Shown: positions 16,762 to 26,305 of the stretch, piece after piece
How positions within the stretch are numbered: the stretch's first letter is position 1
Layout of the letters: the number at the start of each line of letters is the position of its first letter
DNA from: an uncultured bacterium
GTDB taxonomy: Bacteria; CSSED10-310; CAZUFC01
Direction of reading: 5' to 3'
Length of the DNA: 38,633 nt
NCBI GenBank assembly: GCA_964619725.1
Contig: CAZUFC010000083.1
Span: forward strand, 1 to 38,633
Notes under the pieces: model-generated
The model's database searches: none
Told to the model about the DNA's origin: nothing
Seen by the model: only the letters and a program-made list of their open reading frames with translations
Program-made: the position numbers and the translations under genes

Positions 16762-19371
16762 ATGTACAGCAGATTCATTAATTTCACGGCGATTTCATCA
16801 ATAATTTTATCGGCCTTATTTTTTTCAGGGCTGGAATGCGGAGCAGCAGCAATTGAAATTTCAGATGGTAGGGGAGTCAGTCCGTCAGCGAAAGGTTGTG
16901 AACCGATAAATGGCCGCATGACAAATGTAATCACCAACGGCGGATTTGAGGAAGACAATTATGATATGCCGGGATGGACTCCAGATACCGGATGGTGGAG
17001 CGGTTGCCAGGGGATATATACGCAGCAATCCGAAAAAGTCGAAGGCAACAATGCGGTATTGATAGCGTTGTGGTATCAGGCCAACACAACGCATGTTATC
17101 GGTCAGTCGATAGACTGGAGCGGATTATCGAATCCCAGGCTGAGTTACTGGAGCAAGCATGTGCTTCCCTGCGGGGGAAGGAGTGCAGGCGTTCGTCTGC
17201 GTTCGGAACAGGGCGGTACGATTATATACACGTTTGAATCTCACACCAGCTCTGCGGATTGGGACAATGACGAATTTTCATTCAACGAGATTCCGGAGCT
17301 ATCAGGCATTACGAGCGGATGGCTTGAATTATGGTGCGGTTCAGGGAACTGCGGCGGCAACGGCTCTTATTTCGACGGTTTTATTTTAACGGATGACGTA
17401 GATACTCCGGTTGTGGAAATAACGAACCCGAATGACGGGGGCGTGGTCGATCAAACAGTGACTATAACTGCTGAAGCTTTTCCCGGCGCTGATGCTATAA
17501 GCAACGGGGATTTTGAGGAGGATAATTACGACATGCCCGGTTGGACGCCGAGCAATGGCTGGTGGAGCGGATGCCAGGGAATTTATGTGCAACAGTCGGA
17601 GAAGATGGAAGGAAACAACGCTGTCGTCATAGCTCTATGGAGTCAGGCCAATACAACGCACGAAATCGGACAGGCTATAGACTGGAGCGACCTGACGGAC
17701 CCCAAACTGAGTTACTGGTCGAAACATGTGTTGCCTTGCGGAGGAAGAACTGCCGGAGTTCGCCTTCTGAGTGAACAGGGAGGGGCGACTCTGTATACTT
17801 TTGAGTCTCACGGCAGTTCAGAAGATTGGGATTACGATGAATTCATGCTGAACGATATTCCGGAACTGACGGGAATAACGAGCGGTTGGCTTGAATTGTG
17901 GTGCGGCTCAGGAAATTGCGGCGGAAACGGCTCCTATTTTGACGCCGTTAAACTGATGTCGAGCGGCGATTCAGAGCTGGACAGGGTCGAATTTCTCATT
18001 GATGATGTCCTGGAATGTTCTGATGATACGTCGCCCTACTCATGCGAATGGGATACGACCGGAAGTGAGAACGGACCCCATACTATCGATGCAATCGCCT
18101 ACAACATGGCAGGAAACAACGCCGGCGATCAAATCAATGTGACGGTAGCCAATCCCACGCCTGTTCCTACGCCGGTGCCGGTAACTACGCCGCTGGTGGA
18201 AATTATCTCTCCGCCGGACGGCGCTATAGTTGATCAAACGGTAAATATAACGGCCGAGGCTTTTCCCAGCTCGAATGCCGTTACGAACGGCGGTTTTGAA
18301 GGGGATAATTACGACATGCCCGGTTGGACGCCGAACAATGGATGGTGGAGCGGATGCCAGGGAATTTATGTACAGCAGTCGGAGAAGATGGAAGGCAACA
18401 ATGCGGTCGTCATAGCCCTATGGAGTCAGGCCAACACCACGCATGAAATAGGACAGGCTGTAGATTGGAGCGACTTGGCGGACCCCAAACTGAGTTACTG
18501 GTCGAAACATGTGTTGCCCTGCGGAGGAAGAACGGCAGGCGTTCGCCTTCTGACTGAACAGAACGGAGCGACTCTGTATACTTTTGAGTCTCACGGCAGT
18601 TCGGAAGATTGGGATTACGATGAATTCATGCTGAACGATATTACTGAACTGACGGGTATAACGAGCGGTTGGCTTGAATTGTGGTGCGGCTCAGGAAATT
18701 GCGGCGGAAACGGCTCCTATTTTGACGCCGTTAAATTGATGTCGAACGGCGATTCAGAGCTGGACAGAGTCGAATTTCTCATTGACGATGTCCTGGAATG
18801 CTCTGATGATTCGTCGCCCTACTCATGCGAATGGGATACGACCGGAGTAAATGATGGTCTCCATGAAATCAAAGCGATGGCTTATAATTTTGCCGGACTT
18901 AATGCAGCCGACCAGATAGAAGTGAATGTCGATAACGTAGAACCGACATCAACTCCGACCTTAACGCCGACACTTGTACCGACGGATACGCCGACGCTTA
19001 CTCCTACTCCAACACATTCTCCCACTCTCGTGCCGACCGATACTCCGACACTTACGCCCTCGCATACGCCGACTCTCGTGCCGACCGATACCCCGACACT
19101 TACGCCCTCGCATACGCCGACTCTCATACCGACCGATACCCCGACACTTACGCCCTCGCATACGCCGACTCTCATACCGACCGATACCCCGACTTATACT
19201 CCGACCGATACTCCTACAGAATCCCCCGTGCCTACTTATACACCGACGGTCACGCCCACTCCTACTGCGGCTCCCATACCGGCGATGTATCCTACCGGCG
19301 GAATTATTCTGATTATTATTGTTTCCTTCGCTTTGACCATTACAAAGATAAAAACAAGGAGACATTACTGA
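16762..19371 (+). CDS. Cell-surface protein: signal peptide, three CBM-like (NGGFE...YFD) domains, two Ig-like (Big_7-type) domains, Pro/Thr stalk, IPTL-CTERM-like anchor
   Basis: AAGGAGG RBS. Three ~155-aa repeats NG[GD][10 protein letters not shown]...GSYFD. Ig-like VEITNPNDG...RVEFLIDD...PYSCEWDTT...[13 protein letters not shown] repeats. C-terminal PIPAMYPTG + TM helix + KIKTRRH. Confidence 0.85.
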   Translation: MYSRFINFTAISSIILSALFFSGLECGAAAIEISDGRGVSPSAKGCEPINGRMTNVITNGGFEEDNYDMPGWTPDTGWWSGCQGIYTQQSEKVEGNNAVLIALWYQANTTHVIGQSIDWSGLSNPRLSYWSKHVLPCGGRSAGVRLRSEQGGTIIYTFESHTSSADWDNDEFSFNEIPELSGITSGWLELWCGSGNCGGNGSYFDGFILTDDVDTPVVEITNPNDGGVVDQTVTITAEAFPGADAISNGDFEEDNYDMPGWTPSNGWWSGCQGIYVQQSEKMEGNNAVVIALWSQANTTHEIGQAIDWSDLTDPKLSYWSKHVLPCGGRTAGVRLLSEQGGATLYTFESHGSSEDWDYDEFMLNDIPELTGITSGWLELWCGSGNCGGNGSYFDAVKLMSSGDSELDRVEFLIDDVLECSDDTSPYSCEWDTTGSENGPHTIDAIAYNMAGNNAGDQINVTVANPTPVPTPVPVTTPLVEIISPPDGAIVDQTVNITAEAFPSSNAVTNGGFEGDNYDMPGWTPNNGWWSGCQGIYVQQSEKMEGNNAVVIALWSQANTTHEIGQAVDWSDLADPKLSYWSKHVLPCGGRTAGVRLLTEQNGATLYTFESHGSSEDWDYDEFMLNDITELTGITSGWLELWCGSGNCGGNGSYFDAVKLMSNGDSELDRVEFLIDDVLECSDDSSPYSCEWDTTGVNDGLHEIKAMAYNFAGLNAADQIEVNVDNVEPTSTPTLTPTLVPTDTPTLTPTPTHSPTLVPTDTPTLTPSHTPTLVPTDTPTLTPSHTPTLIPTDTPTLTPSHTPTLIPTDTPTYTPTDTPTESPVPTYTPTVTPTPTAAPIPAMYPTGGIILIIIVSFALTITKIKTRRHY
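17404..18936 (+). repeat. Intragenic tandem duplication of the Ig+CBM module (783-bp period)
   Basis: 17404-~18153 and 18187-~18936 are near-identical at DNA level over long stretches. Confidence 0.9.
19024..19195 (+). repeat. 48-bp tandem repeat encoding TL(V/I)[13 protein letters not shown]
   Basis: Units start at 19024, 19072 and 19120, with a partial unit at 19168. Confidence 0.9.
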
Positions 19372-19431
19372 TCGGCAGCGCTTGTCTTAAACTTGCCTTC
19401 TGATTTAACCCAGAAGAATTCACAGGAGTAT

Positions 19432-19480
19432 GGTTTCCGATCCGCAAAAGGATTTTTCATCCGTTTGCGGATCGGAAACC
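19432..19480. terminator. Long inverted repeat between convergent genes (terminator or REP-like)
   Basis: GGTTTCCGATCCGCAAA / TTTGCGGATCGGAAACC is a perfect 17-bp stem, followed by 1 mismatch and a GGAT/ATCC extension. No U-tract. Confidence 0.55.
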
Positions 19481-19501
19481 TTAGCGATGATTGAAATAAA
19501 C

Positions 19502-19663
19502 GGTATTGATCAAAAGTGCGTCTTTTGAGGAAACAATTCGACAGAATATCTCATCATTTCGTTTCGATTTCAATCCCGATTGCGGCGATACCGACCCCGA
19601 TACCGATTACTGAAAAAAACTGTCAAACGTTTTGAAAGAAGTGTAACCACGGTTTGATCAGTC
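19502..19663 (+). mobile_element. MITE-like dispersed repeat family A
   Basis: Terminal inverted repeats attgatcaaa...tttgatcagt, internal ccgata/ccgacc hexamers, homologous to the reverse complement of 16306-16480. Confidence 0.75.
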
Positions 19664-19844
19664 CCAAAGAAACGGATATCGGCAAAGATATTTCGGATTC
19701 CGGCAAACAGGGATAAGAAGATGATATTTATGAAAAATGTAACGCCGGTCCTATCATTCCCGAAATTAGTGAACGCAGCCGGCCGGGACTTCTTTTACGA
19801 TGCTGGAATAATTAACAAGTTATGGCTAAATTGTATCCCGAATA

Positions 19845-20417
19845 TCAGGGAGAACCCGGCAAAGCGAATGTTATACGCGCTTCGAGCGCCGGAGTCCATA
19901 TCATGCAGGGCCAATAGTTCTGCGCTTTGTTGATCTTGTTATGATATCCGTCAAAAAGGTACGATAAACCGTTATCTATCCCTTGAATTTCTGTTTTTTT
20001 AGTGATGTAGAAAGCGATCAAATCGCCGCTTTTCACTTCGTAACTGAAATTAGTGAATTGATTAAGTCCCTGAATATAAGTCATCAGGTCCATTCCTAAA
20101 ACTTTTGTGAATTCATTCCCGGTGTTTCGCCATACCTGAAGCTGAAACTTTACCGGATTACCGGTTCGGTTCATATTTTTGAGATTCGCTTTGCATGAAA
20201 CGAGGTACCCGTCATACATGACCGGTTCCGGCAGAATTATGGTGACGTCCGTATCCAGGGTTTTCGGATTCTGCGCTGCGCTCGAATCACCTATATCCTG
20301 GATGCCAGAGGGCATAAGATGTGCCTGGACATAAGCGGTGGGCAACGGAATAGACTGGCCTTTAAAAATGACTTGTCCATCAACTACACTAAATTTATCC
20401 TCACCCTTTGCATTCAT
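19845..20417 (-). CDS. Hypothetical protein (predicted beta-rich, no family recognised)
   Basis: ORF of ~190 aa. The AAGGAG RBS is correctly spaced for ATG 20417 and abuts ATG 20426. Confidence 0.65.
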   Translation of the reverse strand: MNAKGEDKFSVVDGQVIFKGQSIPLPTAYVQAHLMPSGIQDIGDSSAAQNPKTLDTDVTIILPEPVMYDGYLVSCKANLKNMNRTGNPVKFQLQVWRNTGNEFTKVLGMDLMTYIQGLNQFTNFSYEVKSGDLIAFYITKKTEIQGIDNGLSYLFDGYHNKINKAQNYWPCMIWTPALEARITFALPGSP

Positions 20418-20569
20418 AAAAGACATCTCCTTTCTTGAAGCATTCCATTACAACCATGAAATTTCAGAAGATCGACAACAATCGATTCTGAAGACAAAAT
20501 TTTTTCCTGAATATTCAATTCATATCCTCTGATTATTTTTCTTTAAGTAAAACTGAATGTTATCAAGTA

Positions 20570-23500
20570 TCATTGAGCATTTTGCTCCTGGTTTTTTTTC
20601 CATGATTCCACGATTTCGCGATTCATGGCAGCATTTAAAATATTGGAGCGATGCTCACTGTTTTCAATATCCCGGCAATATGACTGAAGAATTTCATATG
20701 AGCGTTTCAAAAAGTTATGGGCAAGTTTTTCAGATTCGGGATTCTCCTGATTATTCAGGGCTAAATAGTGCGTATATAATATCTGTTCCGGCGCTGTTTC
20801 TCTTATGAGCAATTTATTGTCGTTTTCTTCGAGCCCCGTCGCAGCTTTTTCCGACAATTCCAGAGCCTCTGAAAAACGTCGCGTTTTGAAGAGGCATCTG
20901 GCATGCATAGAGAGGGGTAAAATGAGAAGATGCGGCAATTCGAGTTTTTCTCTTATTTCAGCGGATTCTTTAAATTTAGTTAAAGCGGTTTGATAATCGG
21001 AGCGAAGATAGTGCACATTTCCGATTTCAATAAGGCATGTTGATTGTTTCAAAAGGGCTCCGCTTTCGCGAATGAAGTTCATATACGCCTGGTAGTTCTG
21101 GAGGCATTCCTCGAATTTCCCTTGTTCTGCCAGGAGCAATCCGGAGTAAAACAGGGAATTGGCATCTCCTTCCCTGTTTCCCGTTAAACGGCATAATTCG
21201 CCGTATTCCTGGAGAAGTTCAGCGGAGCGCAGCCGATCGCCCCGTGATCGAGCGATAATGCTTTGATGTAAAAGCGCGAAACTTTCACCGTATTTGTTGC
21301 CGATTTCCTTACAAAGTTTCAACCCTTTACTGATGTGCTTTTCGGCGGTATCGAAGCGGCCGAGACTGATATAAAGAGAGCCGAGAGAGAGGATGACGTC
21401 GCTGATTTCAAAGCGTCTGTTTAACTTGCGTAATATTTTCAAAGCCTGGTGGAAAAGCGCCAGGGCCTGATCGAATTCATGCCTGATCATGTGGATGGAA
21501 CCGATATATTGGTCGGACATGGCTTCCTCATATTTAGCGCCGAGTTCGCGGCTAATGTTCCTTGAGCGCAGGCTGAATTCCAGGGCTTTTTTATAGTTGC
21601 CTGTTTTCTGCATAATGAGTCCCATATTATTAAGCGCTTCACCCTGCCATAATTTATGAGCCATATCCCTGCTTATTTTGTAATATTGCCGGTAGCAATG
21701 AAGGGCGGAATTATATTTTCTTTTGATAAAGCAGACATTTCCGATGTTGTTCATTGAACGGGCTTCTCCCCATCGTGATCCGATTTCGACATGTATTTTC
21801 AGGGCTTTCTGAGAATATTCCAGCGCTTCATCGATCTGCCTGGTCAGGAAATAGACTCCACCGATATTATTAAGCAATGCGCCTTCCTGTCGTTTATCGT
21901 TTATTATCCTGCTGAGTTTTAAAGCCTGATGGAAAAAGTCCAAGGCTTTTTCGGGTTGATTCAGAACCCTGTGAATTCTTCCAATGCCGTTTATGGATCG
22001 GCATTGCCCTTCCTTATCGTTTATTTGCCTGAAAATTTCCAGGGAATATCGGTACCTTTGCAGCGCTTCTTCGCGTTTACCCTGGAAAAATTCAAGATTC
22101 CCGACGGCCAGAACGGCATATGCAGCATTTTTTTTGTCATTTGTCGCTTCAGCGATGTGCAGGCTTGAATAAAAATCTCTCTCAGCTTTATCTATTTCTC
22201 CGATTCTTTGATATATTTCACCTCTTCTTCGAAGAACCTGCGCCTTCATGAGATCATCTTCGGACAGCAGATCGAAAACTTTTGAAAACGCGGTAAGGGC
22301 AGCCCGGCAATCGCCCGAATTAGCAGCCAAATCTCCCGCCCGGTAAAAATATTCGACAGCGTGGCTTTTTCTGCCGGCTTTGAGCCAATGTTCTCCCAGT
22401 TGGAAAGCGAAATTATCGGTATTATCGGAATGAATATCTTCTATCGCTTCCGCACAAAGGTAATGGAGGACTTTTCGATTTTGGTGAAGCAGGTTGTCAT
22501 AGGCAGCGTCCCGAATTAAAGCGTGCCTGAAAAAGAAGGCGGCATTCGGCCGATTAAGAGCGATTTTTTCACCAAAGGTCTTCTCCAGGTGTCCTTCTCC
22601 GTCTGAACAGGATTCAGTGAGGTATTGCGCGGGTGATATGAGGTCTGAAGAGGGCGAGGCTTTATAAATGTTTTGACTGGTAAGGAGATAATCGTTTGCG
22701 ACCAGTTTTTCCAGCGGTTCAGACGGATCAATGCCGTCTTCGAGTCGATCCTCCATGTATTTCAAAGTTGAATAAAGGAATTCAGCGCCTATCACAGAAG
22801 CATGTTGAATAATTCGGCGTGACTCCCTGTCCAACGCATCTATTCGAGAAACAAGAAGACTTTTCAGCGTCGACGGTATTTCCAGTGAACCCAGGTCCTC
22901 CGTTATTCGCCAATCTCCGTTCGTTCTTTTGATGACCTCTCTTTCCATTAAATGGAAAACTAATTGTTCAATAAAATAGGGATTCCCGGACCCCTTCTTT
23001 TGTATCATCCTGATGACCGGCGCCGGGATATTGCCCTCGCCTAGAAGACCTCTGATCAGCGCTGTTTCATCCGAAGCCTTCAGGGATCGAACGCCGAGCA
23101 GGAGCTGTTCGACGGTTGAAGCGGAGGGTTCAGGCAAGACCGCGCCGGGGCGGTATAAAACCAAATTTATTAACGGCAGAGGGGTTTTTGCATTCTCTAA
23201 AACATATTTCATCGTATCTGATGTAGGTCTGTCCGCCCAATGAAAATCATCCCATACCAGGATCAAGGGTCTTTCGTATTGCCTAAAGGCTTGAGACGCT
23301 AAAGCCTCAATAAACGTCCTTATCGCAATAAATATATCGACCTGAAGGCGTGAGGGATTATAATTGCTGAAATCATAATTCGGATATTTTTCCCCTAAAA
23401 GGAATCCCATTACCGGCACTGCCTTTTGTAATTCCGTCTCATCTTCTGCGTATTCGCTCAAAGCTGCAGGCAAAGAGTCCAGTCTCACCCGGACTTCCGG

Positions 23501-24499
23501 TCCAAAAGTCGTTAATCCGAAATAATCCAGCATGATAGATATGATCATCTCGTAGGGACGCGGCGCAAACCCTGCAGCATATCCCGTTAATACGCCCGGT
23601 ACTTCTCCCGCTTCATTTTCAATGGTTCTATGCAAAAATTCGTCTACAAGCCTCGATTTGCCTATCCCGGCTTCTCCCTCAATCCCTATTAGAAAGTGTT
23701 TATTCTTTCCCGCCTGCGGCCGCTCAGCAATAACTGCCGTCTTCGATGAGTAGTCCCTGAAGATTCCCATCAATGTCTCCAGCTCTTCATTTCTCCCAAC
23801 AAAACGGGTTTTGCCTACCTTCTGATTCTGCATCCATCGCGCGGGTCGCGATAATTTACGGACAACAATAAACGACTCTATCGGATGGGATTTTCCCTTT
23901 GCGATTATCGGCGGACGTTTTACATACTTAAAATTTTCTCCGGCTAATAACCGGCTTGTTTCCGAGACTAGCAGGCAATTGGACGGAGCATTCTCCTCGA
24001 GCCTCGCTGCTGTTACAACGGCATCCCCCGTTAATACTGTCTCGCCCGCCCTGACGCTAATCGTAACTTCACCCGAATCAACCCCTATCCTGCCGGGCAA
24101 CTTGATGTCTCGCTTTTTCAATACCGGTTGAACCTTCTTCAATGCGCTTAATATTTCTAATCCAGCATCGATAGCCCTGAGCGCATCATCCTCATGCGCG
24201 GGTCCCGTACCGAATCCCACCAGTATAGAATCCCCTTCCAGCTTCTCCACGACCCCTTCACGTTGCTCTAACACTTTCCGGAATCTCGTCAGCAATATCT
24301 TCATCAATTTTGATACGAATTCAGAATCAAAATTTTCCGTTAAAACAGAAAAACCCTTCAAATCCAATATCATAACAGTGACAAACCGCCGGTCTCCAGG
24401 TTCGAGTTTCACACTACTGCCGGCTGACCTCGCTCCATTCCCCTCTGCAAACAGTTCCTCGAGGTCTTCGGTCAACTTATCTTTCCAGTCTTCTCTCAT
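20570..24499 (-). CDS. Class III adenylate/guanylate cyclase domain + STAND/AAA ATPase + TPR repeats
   Basis: VTVMILDLKGFS, EKLEGD, RIGVDSGEV, GDAVVTAARLE. FVGRNEEL, Walker A GEAGIGKS, Walker B LVWDDFHWAD, GNPYFIEQ, FRHALIRDAAY. More than 10 TPRs. Confidence 0.93.
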   Translation of the reverse strand: MREDWKDKLTEDLEELFAEGNGARSAGSSVKLEPGDRRFVTVMILDLKGFSVLTENFDSEFVSKLMKILLTRFRKVLEQREGVVEKLEGDSILVGFGTGPAHEDDALRAIDAGLEILSALKKVQPVLKKRDIKLPGRIGVDSGEVTISVRAGETVLTGDAVVTAARLEENAPSNCLLVSETSRLLAGENFKYVKRPPIIAKGKSHPIESFIVVRKLSRPARWMQNQKVGKTRFVGRNEELETLMGIFRDYSSKTAVIAERPQAGKNKHFLIGIEGEAGIGKSRLVDEFLHRTIENEAGEVPGVLTGYAAGFAPRPYEMIISIMLDYFGLTTFGPEVRVRLDSLPAALSEYAEDETELQKAVPVMGFLLGEKYPNYDFSNYNPSRLQVDIFIAIRTFIEALASQAFRQYERPLILVWDDFHWADRPTSDTMKYVLENAKTPLPLINLVLYRPGAVLPEPSASTVEQLLLGVRSLKASDETALIRGLLGEGNIPAPVIRMIQKKGSGNPYFIEQLVFHLMEREVIKRTNGDWRITEDLGSLEIPSTLKSLLVSRIDALDRESRRIIQHASVIGAEFLYSTLKYMEDRLEDGIDPSEPLEKLVANDYLLTSQNIYKASPSSDLISPAQYLTESCSDGEGHLEKTFGEKIALNRPNAAFFFRHALIRDAAYDNLLHQNRKVLHYLCAEAIEDIHSDNTDNFAFQLGEHWLKAGRKSHAVEYFYRAGDLAANSGDCRAALTAFSKVFDLLSEDDLMKAQVLRRRGEIYQRIGEIDKAERDFYSSLHIAEATNDKKNAAYAVLAVGNLEFFQGKREEALQRYRYSLEIFRQINDKEGQCRSINGIGRIHRVLNQPEKALDFFHQALKLSRIINDKRQEGALLNNIGGVYFLTRQIDEALEYSQKALKIHVEIGSRWGEARSMNNIGNVCFIKRKYNSALHCYRQYYKISRDMAHKLWQGEALNNMGLIMQKTGNYKKALEFSLRSRNISRELGAKYEEAMSDQYIGSIHMIRHEFDQALALFHQALKILRKLNRRFEISDVILSLGSLYISLGRFDTAEKHISKGLKLCKEIGNKYGESFALLHQSIIARSRGDRLRSAELLQEYGELCRLTGNREGDANSLFYSGLLLAEQGKFEECLQNYQAYMNFIRESGALLKQSTCLIEIGNVHYLRSDYQTALTKFKESAEIREKLELPHLLILPLSMHARCLFKTRRFSEALELSEKAATGLEENDNKLLIRETAPEQILYTHYLALNNQENPESEKLAHNFLKRSYEILQSYCRDIENSEHRSNILNAAMNREIVESWKKNQEQNAQ

Positions 24500-24647
24500 T
24501 GAGTTTCACCCGGATGTATGCATAGTTGCCCTGTAAAAAGAAATGATATCCTTTTTTTTATAGCAGATCAGTCCTGAAACATCAACTTAACTCGAAGCGT
24601 TTATATTACCCGGCATACCAGGTTAAAAATGACTTCCTGGAAAGGCG

Positions 24648-25904
24648 CTAGGCGGATGATTTTCCGGATTTATAGTATTTTATACGCTTTATCGTTATGG
24701 GAGAATATGTTTGGGCTGATTTGCCCTTCGATTTCTTTTTATTCAAATTCTTACTGTAATTCGCTGTTCCGGGAGCTTTGGAAAATTGCATTTTTTTCGT
24801 CCGGCTCGCCAGTCTTTGCAGAAGTTTTGCAATGTCTTCTCTTTTGATTCCTCTTTGGAAGTTAATGCTGAAAATGCCCTGCTTGACCATAACTGCAATG
24901 AAATTTTTCAAAGAGGAGCTGAAGATTCTCAGTTCATGACCGTTGACGTTTATATTTTTTCCATTGATGCTGAAAGTAACGTCAGGTTCAATTTGGAGGC
25001 GATCCAGAAGCAATTTCAGCATTCTCGCTTGCATCCCGGTTAAGACGGGATGGTCGGGAGGATAAGTGAGGGTATGCTTGAAAGCCGTATTAAAATTACT
25101 CAGGAATGATTCCACCCAGACTTCAGGCACCGGAGCTCTCTGTTCCGCAGCCATGTGGGAAGAAGCATTCCTGTCATTGCCCGGAGTCTTCTTGTCCTTT
25201 GCATCCAGAACATTTACTGCGTTTTTACTGATGAGTTCCGCGGTAATTTTCATAGCTTTGTAGGGATGAATATCCAAACTTCTGGCGATTTCATTGAGTG
25301 GTTTCAAGCCGTCCGAATTTCTCAAAATACTCTCTACGTCCCTGTTCAAATCGTCTAAACCGGACTTTCCGTTTTTCCGGATTACTAAATTCAAAGAAGT
25401 TATTTCCGGGTGTATCCTCCTGAACTCGTCAATTTCATGCACGCACATGAGTATCAGCCCGTCGATTTCCATTTGAAGTTCCATTTCTTCTCTGGATTCG
25501 ATAGTTTTATTTTCTGCAAATTCGTAGCTGCCGTGACTCCAGCACAATACATCCAGCAAATTCATTTTGACATAGTCGAAAGCTTCCCGTATCACTTCCT
25601 CTTTCGATAAACTCGTTTCGTCAACGATTAAATCCGAAATCTCCCCCTGTCTCAACATTAACGAACGCCTGATCATCGCCAGCGACTCAAGATCAAGACA
25701 ACCCTTATTCAGCAGATGATCCAGGAAGGTAATCCTCCTGTTTTGTCTTTGTTGGGATAATTTTCTGAGTAAACCTGAATTGAACTCAACAAGTATTTTG
25801 TCGCCGTCATGCTCCAGAATCAGCACGCCGTTTTTTCCCGCCTTACCGATCATGGGAAAAATGTCGGTCATGTCGAAATCAGCTATTTCGGCTTTCAACG
25901 CCAT
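24648..25904 (-). CDS. DUF4388 (PatA-N-like) domain protein with a C-terminal YPPDHP module
   Basis: MALKAEIADFDMTDIFPMIGKAGKNGVL...F.SG, W.HGSYEF, IDGLILM. C-terminal LTYPPDHP...GIFSINFQRGI. GAGGA RBS. Confidence 0.8.
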   Translation of the reverse strand: MALKAEIADFDMTDIFPMIGKAGKNGVLILEHDGDKILVEFNSGLLRKLSQQRQNRRITFLDHLLNKGCLDLESLAMIRRSLMLRQGEISDLIVDETSLSKEEVIREAFDYVKMNLLDVLCWSHGSYEFAENKTIESREEMELQMEIDGLILMCVHEIDEFRRIHPEITSLNLVIRKNGKSGLDDLNRDVESILRNSDGLKPLNEIARSLDIHPYKAMKITAELISKNAVNVLDAKDKKTPGNDRNASSHMAAEQRAPVPEVWVESFLSNFNTAFKHTLTYPPDHPVLTGMQARMLKLLLDRLQIEPDVTFSINGKNINVNGHELRIFSSSLKNFIAVMVKQGIFSINFQRGIKREDIAKLLQRLASRTKKMQFSKAPGTANYSKNLNKKKSKGKSAQTYSPITIKRIKYYKSGKSSA

Positions 25905-26110
25905 CCTGTCCTCGCATTTCTTTTCGAAATAACAAGCAAAAATTTCCCCTCGTGAGTTTCTAAGCTGATTCGTTCTGTCCTACGTTGAATTCTGTGAGCG
26001 ACAATCAGGGCCCCTTTACTCCCCTGAGTCACTGCCCTTTCCCTGAGCGTTTTTCATTTCGGACTGCTTTTTTCTTTGTTTTCTATTCCCTACGCAGAAA
26101 ACTCACTATA

Positions 26111-26138
26111 ATTTTATTAAAGAATTTGAAAAAGTCAA
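26111..26138 (-). promoter_or_regulatory. Putative sigma70 promoter for the DUF4388/cyclase genes
   Basis: Minus strand TTGACT (26138-26133), 16-bp spacer, TAAAAT (26116-26111). Confidence 0.45.
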
Positions 26139-26305
26139 ATGCAATGAGCAAAATTCCGGAAATGATGAAGAGGGCAGAATACTGCAAACGGGAGTACGGA
26201 TGGAAAAAAACAGCGGAACCGGTACAATCCTTTACCCTCAAATAGAATCCGTCTTTCTTTGATTCGGCATAACGCTTATGAGATACTATTCAGCGTGACA
26301 GTCGC

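Noticed and set aside
16930..18800. Near-identical repeats as a possible diversity-generating retroelement TR/VR pair
   Set aside because: All copies are in-frame protein domains, differences are not adenine-specific, and no reverse transcriptase is present.
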